Source: an uncultured delta proteobacterium (GTDB lineage: Bacteria > Myxococcota > Myxococcia > Myxococcales > Anaeromyxobacteraceae). From it: a stretch of DNA of 64,000 nt. The stretch's first letter is position 1. Every line of letters begins with the position of its first letter. Made by a program: the position numbers and the translations under genes. Under the pieces are notes generated by a model. That model saw nothing but the letters and a program-made list of their open reading frames with translations. It was not told the origin of the DNA and did not search any database. The stretch spans positions 160,001 to 224,000 of the forward strand of contig CAWFDF010000014.1 of assembly GCA_963814585.1 (NCBI GenBank), in the 5' to 3' direction. This document shows positions 9,812 through 19,606 of the stretch, piece after piece.

Positions 9812-10162
9812 ATGCGCGACCGGCTCACCATCCTCAACGCCTTCGTCCACGACGTCGCCACCGGCACCTGGATCGGGACGCTCCTCCTCCTGACCATGCT
9901 CCACCGGGAGGCCCAGCGGCCGGCCTGGTTCCTGGCCGGCCACCTGGTGCCCGGCCTGGAGCGGAAGTTCCTGGTGGTCACCTGGGTGAGCCTGGCGGTG
10001 ATCGTGGCCACCGGCGTCATCCGCATGGTGACCTGGAAGGTCTTCGGCTGGACCGGGGACATGGAGAAGAGCCGCATCCAGCTGCTCAAGGTGAAGCACG
10101 CCCTGCTCGGCGTGGTCTTCGCCGCCGGCACCCTGTACCAGTGGCTGCTGGTCTACTCGTGA
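9812..10162 (+). CDS. Small membrane protein, CopD/DUF4149-like
   Basis: 116 aa, three TM segments, FVHDVATGTWIG and LLKVKH; preceded by extended -10 TGcTAGACT (9794-9802). Confidence 0.55.
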   Translation: MRDRLTILNAFVHDVATGTWIGTLLLLTMLHREAQRPAWFLAGHLVPGLERKFLVVTWVSLAVIVATGVIRMVTWKVFGWTGDMEKSRIQLLKVKHALLGVVFAAGTLYQWLLVYS

Positions 10163-10275
10163 TCGCCTCGCGCCGCCGCCGCTGCCCCCCTGGCTTGCGC
10201 GACGCACCGCACGCTGAACGATGTAGGTCGCGGCGCGCGACGTGGTCACGTCCCGACTCCGTCCAGTGAGGATCG

Positions 10276-13200
10276 TCAGTAGGCCCCGCCCAGGCGAGTA
10301 GGTCTCGGTGGTGTCGCCGAGCGTGCAGCCCCCAGGTGCTGCCGCAGGGACTGGCCGCTCTGCAGCGTACGCGGGAGTAGCGTCGAGCCGCCGATCTGCG
10401 GCGGGCTGGTGGTTCGACATGCTCCGTGGTGTTGCGGATGAAGGCGTAGGGCCTGGCGTTGACCTGTGCCGGGGAACCGGTCGAGGTTCCAGCCCACCGT
10501 CCCGGTCTTGCGGTCACCGGTGAAGCCGGCAGCACGTTGACCCCGTGGACGTCCTGCGCGCGAACCGGCCGCACCACCGCGGTCGTGTAGTCGCTGCCGT
10601 GACACCTGTTGCAGCCATACTGCAGGTAGACCTGCATGGTGTTGTTGGAGTCGAAGTCGAATGCCGAACCCGGGCCGTGTGACACGTTGGAGTTGCACGT
10701 GTTGGTCGCGCCCCCGCAGGTGTCGTAGCCTGGCGTGGCAGACGGCGCAGAGCGTCGCACCGGTGGTCGCCGAGGGCGCCGTGCCGCTGGCCGTGGCGTT
10801 GCCCCGGAGCGTCACCGCTCCGCCGTGGGCCGTGACCGTGGTGGTGATGGTGCCGCGTGACTCCCGTGCCGCGCATGGCAGTCCCAGCAGGAGAGCAGCA
10901 GACCCCAGCCGGTGGTGGTGCCGGCCGTCTTGGTCGACGCTCCAGGGCGCCACCATGCGGGTGCCTGATGCGTAGGAGTTGTTCTGCTTCCCGGTCACCG
11001 GGTGGTACGAGGAGTTGGTCGGCGCGAAGGAGGCGTTGACGTCGGCGACGCCGCCCGCGACGCCGTTGGCGGTCACGCCCGCGCCCACGTAGGCCGCGCC
11101 CGCGATGGTGGTGCCGAAGGGCTTCTCCGCCGTCCCGGTCGTCGGCACCCGCGCCGAGGCGCTCAGCGCGCCGTTGCCGTCGTGGCACTTGAGGCACTGG
11201 TTGATCATGATGGCCTGGACCGCCGGCTCCAGCGTGGCGCTGGCCAGGTTGCGGCTGAACGCCGTGAAGGTCGCGTCGGTGGCGGTGCTGGCGTAGGCCC
11301 CGGCGCCGGTGCCGCCGAAGGTGACCCCCTTGATGTTCAGACCGGTGTCCGGATCCCTCAGGTTGATGAGCCCGTCCCTGTGGACGCCCGACGGGTTGCC
11401 GGTGGCCGCGTCGCCTTCCATGTGGCAGACCACGCAGTCCCACTTGGTGACGACGGTGTTGGCGGGCACGCCGCCACTGGAGGAGCGTTTGTGCGACCAG
11501 GCGTTCCTGAACTCGGGGACGATGGGGCGCCTCGTCCCCTGGACCTCGTCGTGGCAGGTCACGCAGTCGCCGCCGCCGTCGAGCTGGCCGTTGATGTGGC
11601 TCAGCTGGTTCACCGCCGCGATGGTGCTCGCCGAGGTCGGCGAGCTGGCGTAGCCCGGGTGGCAGGAGCCGCAGAGCGGATCGCTCGGGTGGGCCGCCGT
11701 GACGGGTGGCAGGCCGTGGCAGGAGCCACACTGGGCCGCGCTGGCCGCGCCGGTCCAGGCCGGGGCGTTGACCTGGCCAGCGGCCGTGTCCGTGCTCTTC
11801 GGATCGTGGCAGTAGGTGCTGGAGCAGGTGGGCTGCGCGTAGGAGGCCGCCTTGGTCTCGAAGGCGTTGTCGCCGGCCAGGGCGCCGAAGGTCAGCGTGG
11901 CGCGGGCCACGCCGGTCCCCACGCCGGTGGCGTGGGCGACGTCGGTGTTGCTCGTCGGGACCAGGTGGCACTCGGCGCAGGCGATGGCCGTGGAGCGCCA
12001 GCGCGGCGTGTTGCCGGCGCCGTTCCCCACCAGGTGGGCCTCGTGGGCGCCGACGCCGACGGCCGTGGTGGCCACCGCGCCGACGGTGTCGTACGAGTTG
12101 GTGCCGCTGCCCGAGGCCCCCGGCGCCGACTTGAGCGGCGCCGCCGCCAGGACGTTGGCTGCCCCCAGCTCGCCGTGGCAGCCGGTGCAGCCCGAGGTCG
12201 ACCTGGTGACGATGGCGTCGACGTGGGTCGCCGCCGTCACCGTGGTGCTGGTGGAGCCGGCGTGGCAGGTGCTGCAGGTGGTGTTCTGCGGGTGCGGGTA
12301 GGTCGGCTGCGAGGCGGTGGTCCCCTGCCCGTGGCAGGCGGTGCAGGCCAGCTTGGCGGTGGTCCCGGTGCCCCAGCTCACCGTGTTGGCGAGCTTGCCG
12401 CCCGGGAAGTTGCCGTGGCAGTAGGTGTTCGAGCAGGTCTTGCTGGCCGCGCTGTAGGCCGTCGGCGTGATCCCGCCCGCCGTGGCGATGTTGCCCCACA
12501 GCACCGGGTTGGCCGGCGTGGCGTGCGGCGCGGTGGTCCAGACCTGGCCGAGGTGGCAGTTGTCGCAGCGCAGCGCATTCGAGAGCGGCCCCGGCGCCGC
12601 GACGTCGCCCTGGTTCACGTGGGCCTGGTGGGCCCCGACCAGGTTGCCGGTGGCCACGCCGCTGCCGTCGAGCGGCGGCGCCGCCTTGACCAGGTTCTGC
12701 CCGTTGACGTCGTTCCAGACCGCGGTGGCGACCGGGGTCCGGCCCACCGCTCCGTGGCACGAGGTGCAGGTCATGTTGGCCACGTCGAGCGACCCGTTGA
12801 TGTGGGCCAGGGCGTTGACCGCGGCGATGGTGCTGGCCGTGGACGGCGCGTCGGCGTAGCCGGGGTGGCAGCCGCTGCAGGCCGTGCTGGACGTGTGGCC
12901 GCTGGCCAACGGAGGCAGGCCGTGGCAGGAACCGCACTGGGCCGTGGCGGCCGCCCCGATCCAGGACGGCGCCTGGTTCAGTCCGGCCACCGTGTCGGCG
13001 CGCGGCGCGTGGCAGTAGGTGCTGGCGCAGCCGGGCTGCGTGTAGGTCGGCGTCCGGGCCCCGAAGGCGTTGTCGCCGGCCAGGGCGCCGAAGGTCAGCG
13101 TGGCGCGGGCCACGCCGGTCCCCACGCCGGTGGCGTGGGCGACGTCGGTGTTGCTCGTCGGAACCACGTGGCACTCGGCGCAGGCGATGGCCGTGGAGCG

Positions 13201-16200
13201 CCAGCGCGGCGTGTTGCCGGCGCCGTTCCCCACCAGGTGGGCCTCGTGGGCGCCGACGCCGACGGCCGTGGTGGCCACCGCGCCGACGGTGTCGTACGAG
13301 TTGGTGCCGCTGCCCGAGGCCCCCGGCGCCGACTTGAGCGGCGCCGCCGCCAGGACGTTGGCCGCCCCCAGCTCGCCGTGGCAGCCGGTGCAGCCCGAGG
13401 TCGACCTGGTGACGATGGCGTCGACGTGGGTCGCCGCCGTCACCGTGGTGCTGGTGGAGCCGGCGTGGCAGGTGCTGCAGGTGGTGTTCTGCGGGTGCGG
13501 GTAGGTCGGCTGCGAGGCGGTGGTCCCCTGCCCGTGGCAGGCGGTGCAGGCCAGCTTGGCCGTCGTCCCGGTGCCCCAGCTCACCGTGTTGGCGAGCTTG
13601 CCGCCCGGGAAGTTGCCGTGGCAGTAGGTGTTCGAGCAGGTCTTGCTGGCCGCGCTGTAGGCCGTCGGCGTGATCCCGCCCGCCGTGGCGATGTTGCCCC
13701 ACAGCACCGGGTTGGCCGGCGTGGCGTGCGGCGCGGTGGTCCAGACCTGGCCCAGGTGGCAGTTGTCGCAGCGCAGCGCATTCGAGAGCGGCCCCGGCGC
13801 CGCGGCGTCGCCCTGGTTCACGTGGGCCTGGTGGGCCCCGACCAGGTTGCCGCCGGCGGTGCCGCTGGCGTCGACCGGCGGCGCCGCCCTGACCAGGTTC
13901 TGCCCGTTGACGTCGTTCCAGACCGCGGTGGCGACCGGGGTCCGGGCCACGTCGCCGTGGCAGGTCGTGCAGGTCATCGGGACGAGGTCGAGCTGGCCGT
14001 TGATGTGGTTGGTCGCGCTGACCGTGGTGCCGGTGTAGCCGGAGTGGCACCGGCCGCAGTCGGTGCTCGACTGGGGGTGGGTCCCACCGGGCAGCGTCGC
14101 CGTCGCCCCGGCGCCGGCCCCGTGGCAGGAGTTGCAGGTGAGCGCGGCGTCCTGCGCCCAGCCCACGGTGAAGGCGGGGCCCTTGCCGTTGGTGAAGTTG
14201 CCGTGGCAGTAGGTCGCGGTGCAGCCGACGCCCCCGGCCCGGCTGTAGGTCGGCGTCACCGCCGGCGACCAGATGGTGTTCACCGCGCCGCGCGCCAGCG
14301 CGCTCCACGTCAGGGTGGCCCGCGCCCCGCCCGTCCCGACGCCCACGGCGTGGGCCGTGTTGCCGTCGGCCGGCACCAGGTGGCAGTCGGCGCAGGCGAT
14401 GGCCGCCGACCGGTAGGTCGTCTGCTGCAGGTGGGCCTGGTGCGCGCCGTACTCGTTGGTCGTCGCCGCCACCGGCCCGCCCGTCGTCGACAGGCCCGTC
14501 CCGCCGGCGCCAGGCGCCGAGTTGAGCGGCGTCGCGGCCAGCACGCCCGGCGACGGCGTCGAGAGCACGCCGTGGCAGCCGCTGCAGCCGAAGGTCCCCC
14601 TGTTCACCGCACCGTCGACGTGGGTGCTCGCCGTCACCGAGCTCGCGGAGTAGCCGGCGTGGCAGGTGACGCAGGTGGCGTTCTGCGGGTGCGGGTAGCC
14701 CGGCTGCGGCGCCGCCACCGACTGGCCGTGGCAGGCGTTGCAGGCCAGCTTGGTGGCGGCCGTCGGTCCGGTCCCCCAGGCCACCACGTTCGACGGGATG
14801 CCGCCGGCGAACTGGCCGTGGCAGTACGTCGAGCTGCAGCTCAGGGTGGCCGGCGCGTAGGCCGCCCCGGCGGCGACGGCGATGTCACCGAAGGTCACCG
14901 TGGTCACGCCGTCGGAGTGGGTCGTCGAGGACGGCACCACGTGGCAGGCGACGCAGCGCTGGGCGGCGGAGAGCGGGGCGCCCGTCGCCCCCTGGTTGAC
15001 GTGGGCGAGGTGGGCGCCGACCTGGTTGCCGGAGGCCAGGCCGCTCAGGTCGATCGGCGGGGCGGACTGCTGCAGCGGCTGGTTGAAGACGTCGAGGTCG
15101 GTGGCGGTGGCCACCGAGGCGCGGGCGAGGTTGCCGTGGCACCCCGTGCAGGTGTCGGCGGCGGCGTCGAGCCGGCCGTTGAGGTGGAGCGCGGCGCTGG
15201 CGGTGGTGGTGGTGTAGCCGGCGTGGCAGACCGAGCAGTCCGTGTTGCCCTGCGGGTGCGTCCCGCCGGGCAGCGAGGCGATGGCGACGGTGGCGGCCGC
15301 GGCGCCGTGGCAGGAGTTGCAGGTCAGGGGGCCGACCGTGGTCCAGCCCACGGTGGCGTTCTTGCCGTTGCGGAAGTTGCCGTGGCAGTAGGTCGAGGCG
15401 CAGCTGCCGCCGGCGGTGCCGCCGGCGAACGAGGCCGACCCCGTGTAGGACGGGTTGACTGGCGCCCCGGACCAGGCGTTGACCGCCCCGGTGGCGGTGG
15501 TGCTCCAGGCCAGGGTGGCCCGGGCGCCGCCGGTGCCGGCCCCGCCGGTGGCGTGGGCGGTGTCGGTGTTGCCGGACGGGAGCGCGTGGCACTCCCCGCA
15601 GGCGATGGCGACGCGGCCGATGACCCCGGCGCCGAGGTGGGCCCTGTGGGCTCCCACGCCCGCCGAGGTGGCGGCCGTCTGGCCAACCGTGTCCATGGTG
15701 CCCAGGGCGTTCGTGCCGGTGGCGCCAGGCGCCGCGGCCGCCAGGTTGGCGGGCGGCGTCACCGTCACGCCCGTGGCCGAGAGCTGGCCGTGGCAGGAGG
15801 TGCAGCCCGACGTGGTCTTGTTCACCGTCCCGTCGACGTGCGTGGCCGCCGTCACCGCCGAGGAGGTGTAGCCGGCGTGGCAGGTGGCGCAGGCCAGGTT
15901 CTGCGGGTGCGGGTGCGGTGGCTGGGCCGCCGTGGCCTGGCCGTGGCAGGCGTTGCAGGCCAGCTTTCCGGCCGCGTTCCAGCCCACCGTGTTTCCCTGC
16001 AGGCCCCCCGTGAACTGGCCGTGGCAGTAGGTGGCGCTGCAGCCCCGGGCGACCGGGTCGTAGGTCGGCGAGGCGCCGTTGGTGGCCAGGCCGCCGAAGG
16101 TGACGAGGACGCTGCCGTTGGAGTGCGCCCCGGCGAGCGGGATCAGGTGGCAGGCGTCGCAGCGGACCGCGCTGGAGAGCGCCGGCGGCGTGGCCCCCTG

Positions 16201-19200
16201 GTTGACGTGGGCGAGGTGGGCGCCCACCTGGTTGGCGGTGGTGACGCCGGCCGGCGGCGAGGCCTGGACCAGCGGGGCCCCGTTGGCGTCGAGCTCGGCC
16301 GCGGTGAGCACCGGCGCGCGGGCCGGGTCGCCGTGGCAGGAGGAGCAGCTCAGGGTCGACACCTGCACCAGGCCGTCGAGGTGGGTGGCCTTGTCGACCG
16401 CGGTGCCGCCGTAGCCGGCGCCGTGGCAGCTGCCGCAGGCGGTGCTGCCCTGCGGGTGGCTGCCGCCCGGGAGGGTGGCGGTGGGGCCGGTGCCGGCGCC
16501 GTGGCAGGAGTTGCAGGTCAGCCCGCCGGTGCTGGTCCAGGCCACGGTGGCCTTGCCGCCGTTCTTGAACTGCCCGTGGCAGTAGGTGGAGGCGCAGCTG
16601 CCGGCGGTGGTCCCGTAGGCCGCCGAGGTCGAGCCCGCGTAGCTCGGCGCGACCGCCTCGTTGTTCCAGGAGGCCGGCGTCCCCAGCGCGAGGTTGCCCC
16701 AGGCCAGGGTGGCGCGGGCGCCGCCGGTGCCGGCGCCGGTGGCGTGGGCCCGGTCGGCGTTGGTGGGCGGCAGGGCGTGGCACTCGGTGCAGGCCAGCGC
16801 GGCCGAGCGGTAGGTGGTCCCGGAGGCGTGGGCGGCGTGGGCACCGACACCGGGGGCCGAGACCAGGCCCTGGCCGGTGGTGTCGAGCTGGTTGCCGCCG
16901 GACGGGGCGGAGGCCGCCAGGCCGTTGCCGAGCGTGACGCCGGCGACGGCGCGGTCGCCGTGGCAGGACGTGCACCCGCTCACCACCAGGGTGACGAGGG
17001 TGTCGACGTGCGTGGTCCGGGCCGTGCCGCTGATCCCGGCCACGGCGTAGCCGGCGCCGTGGCAGCTGGCGCAGACCGGGTTCTGCGGGTGGTTGGCGCC
17101 GGCCGGCGAGGCCGCCAGCGGAGGAGGCGCGCCGTGGCAGGTGCCGCAGGCGACCTGGCCGGCGCCGGCCGTCCAGCTGGGCGTCTTGTTGGTGCCGCCG
17201 GCCGCGGTGAGCGAGGCGCCGTGGCAGTAGTTGGTGCAGGTCGGGGCCGCCTCCCAGGCGGCGACCGGGAGCGCCCCGGCGAGCGGCGCCGGGGTCACGC
17301 CGCCGGCCGTGGCCGGCGCGGTCCAGGCCATGTCGACCTGGTCGTTGCCGTGGCGCAGGCTGGCCGGGCCGGTGTGGCAGGTGCCGCAGCCGTAGCCGGC
17401 CGCCACCAGCGTGCCGCCAGCGGTGTGCGGCTGGTGGGCGCCGACCTTGACGCCCGAGGAGGCGCCGGTGGTGGCGTACGGCGGCGCCGGGTTGCCCGAC
17501 GGGCCGCCGTGGCAGCTGGTGCAGTTGGTGCCGGCCGGGTCGATGAGCCCGTTGACGTGGGTGAGGGCGTTGACGCCGCTGGCGGAGTAGCCCGGGTGGC
17601 ACTGGCCGCAGGCCCCGTTGTTCGGGTGCCAGGTGCCGGGCCGGGCGGCGTGGCAGGTGCCGCAGGCCGCCTCGGGGGCGCCGGCCACCCAGTTCGGGTT
17701 GACCTTGGCGCCGCCGCCGGCCAGCGTGATGCCGTGGCAGTAGTTGGTGCAGGTCGGGTTCGCCTCCCAGCCGGCGATCAGGTTCCCCTCCGCCGGCGTC
17801 GGGACGGCGCTGCGGGCCCTGGCGAGCGAGCCCCAGCCGATGGCCACGCTGCCGTCGGCGTGCTTCTCGTCGCCGGGCAGGACCGCGCCGTGGCACTCGG
17901 TGCACTGGATCTGGATGGCCAGCGCGCCGGCGGGGTTGAGGCTGCTGGACGGCTGGATGTGGGCGAGGTGGGCGCCCACCGCCGGCTGGTTGGCGCCGGT
18001 CTCGCCCTGGGTCCCCTCGGGCGGCGCGGCCCTGTTGGCGGCCACCGGTGGGTTGCCGACCGCCGCGAAGGCGGCGTCGGCGGCCCGGTTGCCGGCGCCG
18101 TGACAGAAGGTGCAGTCGGTCAGCCAGGTCGGCCGGCCGGCCGCCGCGTGGCACGCCGTGCAGGACGGCGCCGCGCCCTGCCCGGCGAAGCTCGAGCCGT
18201 GGCAGGTGGCGCAGGCGGCCAGTCCCTGCAGCGCCTGGGGCCCGTGGGTGGCCGGGTTGGAGTAGCCGACCGGGTGGTAGTCGAATTCCGGGAGACCGTT
18301 CACGTGCAGGCCGTTGCCGGTGTTGATGGTGCCGTCGGCGTTGACGGTGCCGGGATGGCACTGGGCGCACTGGGTGGCGGCGGTGATGGCGAGGCCCGAC
18401 TTGTCGGTGACCGGGTGCGGCGCGACCGGGCCGGAGATGAAGTGGCAGCTGCCGCAGGCCCCGGCGCCCGGGGTGTTCCAGGCCGGCGTCTTGTTGCTCC
18501 CGCCGGCGAGCGAGCCGCCGTGGCAGTAGGTCGAGGCGCAGGACCCGGCGGCGTAGGACGGGCTGAGGCCGTCGAGGTCGACGAGGTCGTTGGTCCCGGT
18601 GGCCCACTGGATGACGGGCTGGCCGTGCGGACCGCCGTTGGTCGGGACCCGGTGGCACTCGCTGCACTCGAACGGCCTGGAGATGCGCGAGCCGAGCGAG
18701 GCCACGGTGGAGACGTGGCGCAGGTGGGCGCCGACCTGGGGGCCGGTGGTCTGCCCCCTGGAGTCCCTGGGCGGGGCCCAGGCGGCCTGGGAGCCGACCG
18801 GCTCGCCGCGGGTGGTGTCACCGTGGCAGGCGGTGCAGCCGCTGGCCTGGACCTGGCCGTCGATGTGGGCGCCGGTGGTGGTGAGCTGGCCGGCCGGCGT
18901 GACGGTGTCGGGGTGGCAGGTGGCGCAGTCCGTCGGCGTGAGGCCCGCGGCGTGGCTCGGAGGGGCGCCCGTGGTGTTGGGGCTCGACGGGTTGGCGACC
19001 GCGTCGCCGTGGCAGGAGCCGCAGTTCATCGGCGGGTCGCCCCAGGCCGGCGTCGTGGCGGAGCCGCCGCTGGCGCCGAGCGAGGCGCCGTGGCAGTAGA
19101 CGGTGCAGCTGCCGCCCTTCCCCGGAGCCGGGGCCGGCGAGAAGCTGGCGCTGAAGGTGCCTCCGTGGGTGGCGCGCGCCCCCCAGGTGATCTCGGCGCG

Positions 19201-19512
19201 GCGGTCGCCGTCGGGCGTGCCGTCCGGCTTCACCATGTGGCCGGCGTCGCCGATCAGCCCGGGGACCTTGTGGCAGTCGTCGCAGGCGACCAGCTTGCCG
19301 AGGTGCGCCGTGTGGGCGCCGATCGCGCCGCCGATCGCGGAGCCGGCGAGGTCGTTGGGCGGTGCCCCGGTCTGGTCGCCGGCCGCTCCGCCGTGGCAAC
19401 CGAGGCAGCTGCCCGGCCCGGATGGGTTGGGTGGCGTTCGCCTCGCCTTGTCGCAGCTTCCGAGGGAGAGCGCGGCGAAGAGGGCGGCGACTGCGAAGGC
19501 ATGACGGCGCAT
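10276..19512 (-). CDS. Giant multihaem c-type cytochrome lipoprotein with CxxxxCH...CxxCH repeat domains; 3' end frameshifted as given
   Basis: Start MRRHAFAVAALFAALSLGSC (lipobox) after GAGGT. Manual count: 58 in-frame CxxCH, 2 more in shifted frames, 3 CxxxCH, 10 CxxxxCH. True C-terminus is spread over three frames at 10276-10940. Confidence 0.93.
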   Translation of the reverse strand: MRRHAFAVAALFAALSLGSCDKARRTPPNPSGPGSCLGCHGGAAGDQTGAPPNDLAGSAIGGAIGAHTAHLGKLVACDDCHKVPGLIGDAGHMVKPDGTPDGDRRAEITWGARATHGGTFSASFSPAPAPGKGGSCTVYCHGASLGASGGSATTPAWGDPPMNCGSCHGDAVANPSSPNTTGAPPSHAAGLTPTDCATCHPDTVTPAGQLTTTGAHIDGQVQASGCTACHGDTTRGEPVGSQAAWAPPRDSRGQTTGPQVGAHLRHVSTVASLGSRISRPFECSECHRVPTNGGPHGQPVIQWATGTNDLVDLDGLSPSYAAGSCASTYCHGGSLAGGSNKTPAWNTPGAGACGSCHFISGPVAPHPVTDKSGLAITAATQCAQCHPGTVNADGTINTGNGLHVNGLPEFDYHPVGYSNPATHGPQALQGLAACATCHGSSFAGQGAAPSCTACHAAAGRPTWLTDCTFCHGAGNRAADAAFAAVGNPPVAANRAAPPEGTQGETGANQPAVGAHLAHIQPSSSLNPAGALAIQIQCTECHGAVLPGDEKHADGSVAIGWGSLARARSAVPTPAEGNLIAGWEANPTCTNYCHGITLAGGGAKVNPNWVAGAPEAACGTCHAARPGTWHPNNGACGQCHPGYSASGVNALTHVNGLIDPAGTNCTSCHGGPSGNPAPPYATTGASSGVKVGAHQPHTAGGTLVAAGYGCGTCHTGPASLRHGNDQVDMAWTAPATAGGVTPAPLAGALPVAAWEAAPTCTNYCHGASLTAAGGTNKTPSWTAGAGQVACGTCHGAPPPLAASPAGANHPQNPVCASCHGAGYAVAGISGTARTTHVDTLVTLVVSGCTSCHGDRAVAGVTLGNGLAASAPSGGNQLDTTGQGLVSAPGVGAHAAHASGTTYRSAALACTECHALPPTNADRAHATGAGTGGARATLAWGNLALGTPASWNNEAVAPSYAGSTSAAYGTTAGSCASTYCHGQFKNGGKATVAWTSTGGLTCNSCHGAGTGPTATLPGGSHPQGSTACGSCHGAGYGGTAVDKATHLDGLVQVSTLSCSSCHGDPARAPVLTAAELDANGAPLVQASPPAGVTTANQVGAHLAHVNQGATPPALSSAVRCDACHLIPLAGAHSNGSVLVTFGGLATNGASPTYDPVARGCSATYCHGQFTGGLQGNTVGWNAAGKLACNACHGQATAAQPPHPHPQNLACATCHAGYTSSAVTAATHVDGTVNKTTSGCTSCHGQLSATGVTVTPPANLAAAAPGATGTNALGTMDTVGQTAATSAGVGAHRAHLGAGVIGRVAIACGECHALPSGNTDTAHATGGAGTGGARATLAWSTTATGAVNAWSGAPVNPSYTGSASFAGGTAGGSCASTYCHGNFRNGKNATVGWTTVGPLTCNSCHGAAAATVAIASLPGGTHPQGNTDCSVCHAGYTTTTASAALHLNGRLDAAADTCTGCHGNLARASVATATDLDVFNQPLQQSAPPIDLSGLASGNQVGAHLAHVNQGATGAPLSAAQRCVACHVVPSSTTHSDGVTTVTFGDIAVAAGAAYAPATLSCSSTYCHGQFAGGIPSNVVAWGTGPTAATKLACNACHGQSVAAPQPGYPHPQNATCVTCHAGYSASSVTASTHVDGAVNRGTFGCSGCHGVLSTPSPGVLAATPLNSAPGAGGTGLSTTGGPVAATTNEYGAHQAHLQQTTYRSAAIACADCHLVPADGNTAHAVGVGTGGARATLTWSALARGAVNTIWSPAVTPTYSRAGGVGCTATYCHGNFTNGKGPAFTVGWAQDAALTCNSCHGAGAGATATLPGGTHPQSSTDCGRCHSGYTGTTVSATNHINGQLDLVPMTCTTCHGDVARTPVATAVWNDVNGQNLVRAAPPVDASGTAGGNLVGAHQAHVNQGDAAAPGPLSNALRCDNCHLGQVWTTAPHATPANPVLWGNIATAGGITPTAYSAASKTCSNTYCHGNFPGGKLANTVSWGTGTTAKLACTACHGQGTTASQPTYPHPQNTTCSTCHAGSTSTTVTAATHVDAIVTRSTSGCTGCHGELGAANVLAAAPLKSAPGASGSGTNSYDTVGAVATTAVGVGAHEAHLVGNGAGNTPRWRSTAIACAECHVVPTSNTDVAHATGVGTGVARATLTFGALAGDNAFGARTPTYTQPGCASTYCHAPRADTVAGLNQAPSWIGAAATAQCGSCHGLPPLASGHTSSTACSGCHPGYADAPSTASTIAAVNALAHINGSLDVANMTCTSCHGAVGRTPVATAVWNDVNGQNLVKAAPPLDGSGVATGNLVGAHQAHVNQGDVAAPGPLSNALRCDNCHLGQVWTTAPHATPANPVLWGNIATAGGITPTAYSAASKTCSNTYCHGNFPGGKLANTVSWGTGTTAKLACTACHGQGTTASQPTYPHPQNTTCSTCHAGSTSTTVTAATHVDAIVTRSTSGCTGCHGELGAANVLAAAPLKSAPGASGSGTNSYDTVGAVATTAVGVGAHEAHLVGNGAGNTPRWRSTAIACAECHLVPTSNTDVAHATGVGTGVARATLTFGALAGDNAFETKAASYAQPTCSSTYCHDPKSTDTAAGQVNAPAWTGAASAAQCGSCHGLPPVTAAHPSDPLCGSCHPGYASSPTSASTIAAVNQLSHINGQLDGGGDCVTCHDEVQGTRRPIVPEFRNAWSHKRSSSGGVPANTVVTKWDCVVCHMEGDAATGNPSGVHRDGLINLRDPDTGLNIKGVTFGGTGAGAYASTATDATFTAFSRNLASATLEPAVQAIMINQCLKCHDGNGALSASARVPTTGTAEKPFGTTIAGAAYVGAGVTANGVAGGVADVNASFAPTNSSYHPVTGKQNNSYASGTRMVAPWSVDQDGRHHHRLGSAALLLGLPCAARESRGTITTTVTAHGGAVTLRGNATASGTAPSATTGATLCAVCHARLRHLRGRDQHVQLQRVTRPGFGIRLRLQQHHAGLPAVWLQQVSRQRLHDRGGAAGSRAGRPRGQRAAGFTGDRKTGTVGWNLDRFPGTGQRQALRLHPQHHGACRTTSPPQIGGSTLLPRTLQSGQSLRQHLGAARSATPPRPTRLGGAY
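11859..13945. repeat. Near-identical intragenic direct repeat, period 1,203 bp (401 aa)
   Basis: 11859-12742 and 13062-13945 are almost identical; duplicated shadow ORFs (12378/13581, 12467/13670) confirm the 1,203 offset. Confidence 0.95.
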
Positions 19513-19606
19513 TGAGGCGACCTCGTACCGTCCTCCGGTGACAGGAGGATGCGGCGACCGGGATTGCGGAGACGCCCCATCGTGCCGGATTCGCACCAGC
19601 AGCGAA

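Noticed and set aside
11002..19515. 2,837-aa plus-strand ORF and other long shadow ORFs (10514-14308, 14885-18667, 35705-40327, 46919-50341, 59249-62500)
   Set aside because: Antisense or off-frame shadows of real genes caused by high GC3; Arg/Gly/Ala/Pro-rich with no motifs.
19570..19590. Sigma-54 promoter for the giant cytochrome (CGGCACG on minus strand); similarly TGGCATC near 59479
   Set aside because: GG-to-GC spacing is off by one base in both, and sigma-54 spacing is strict.
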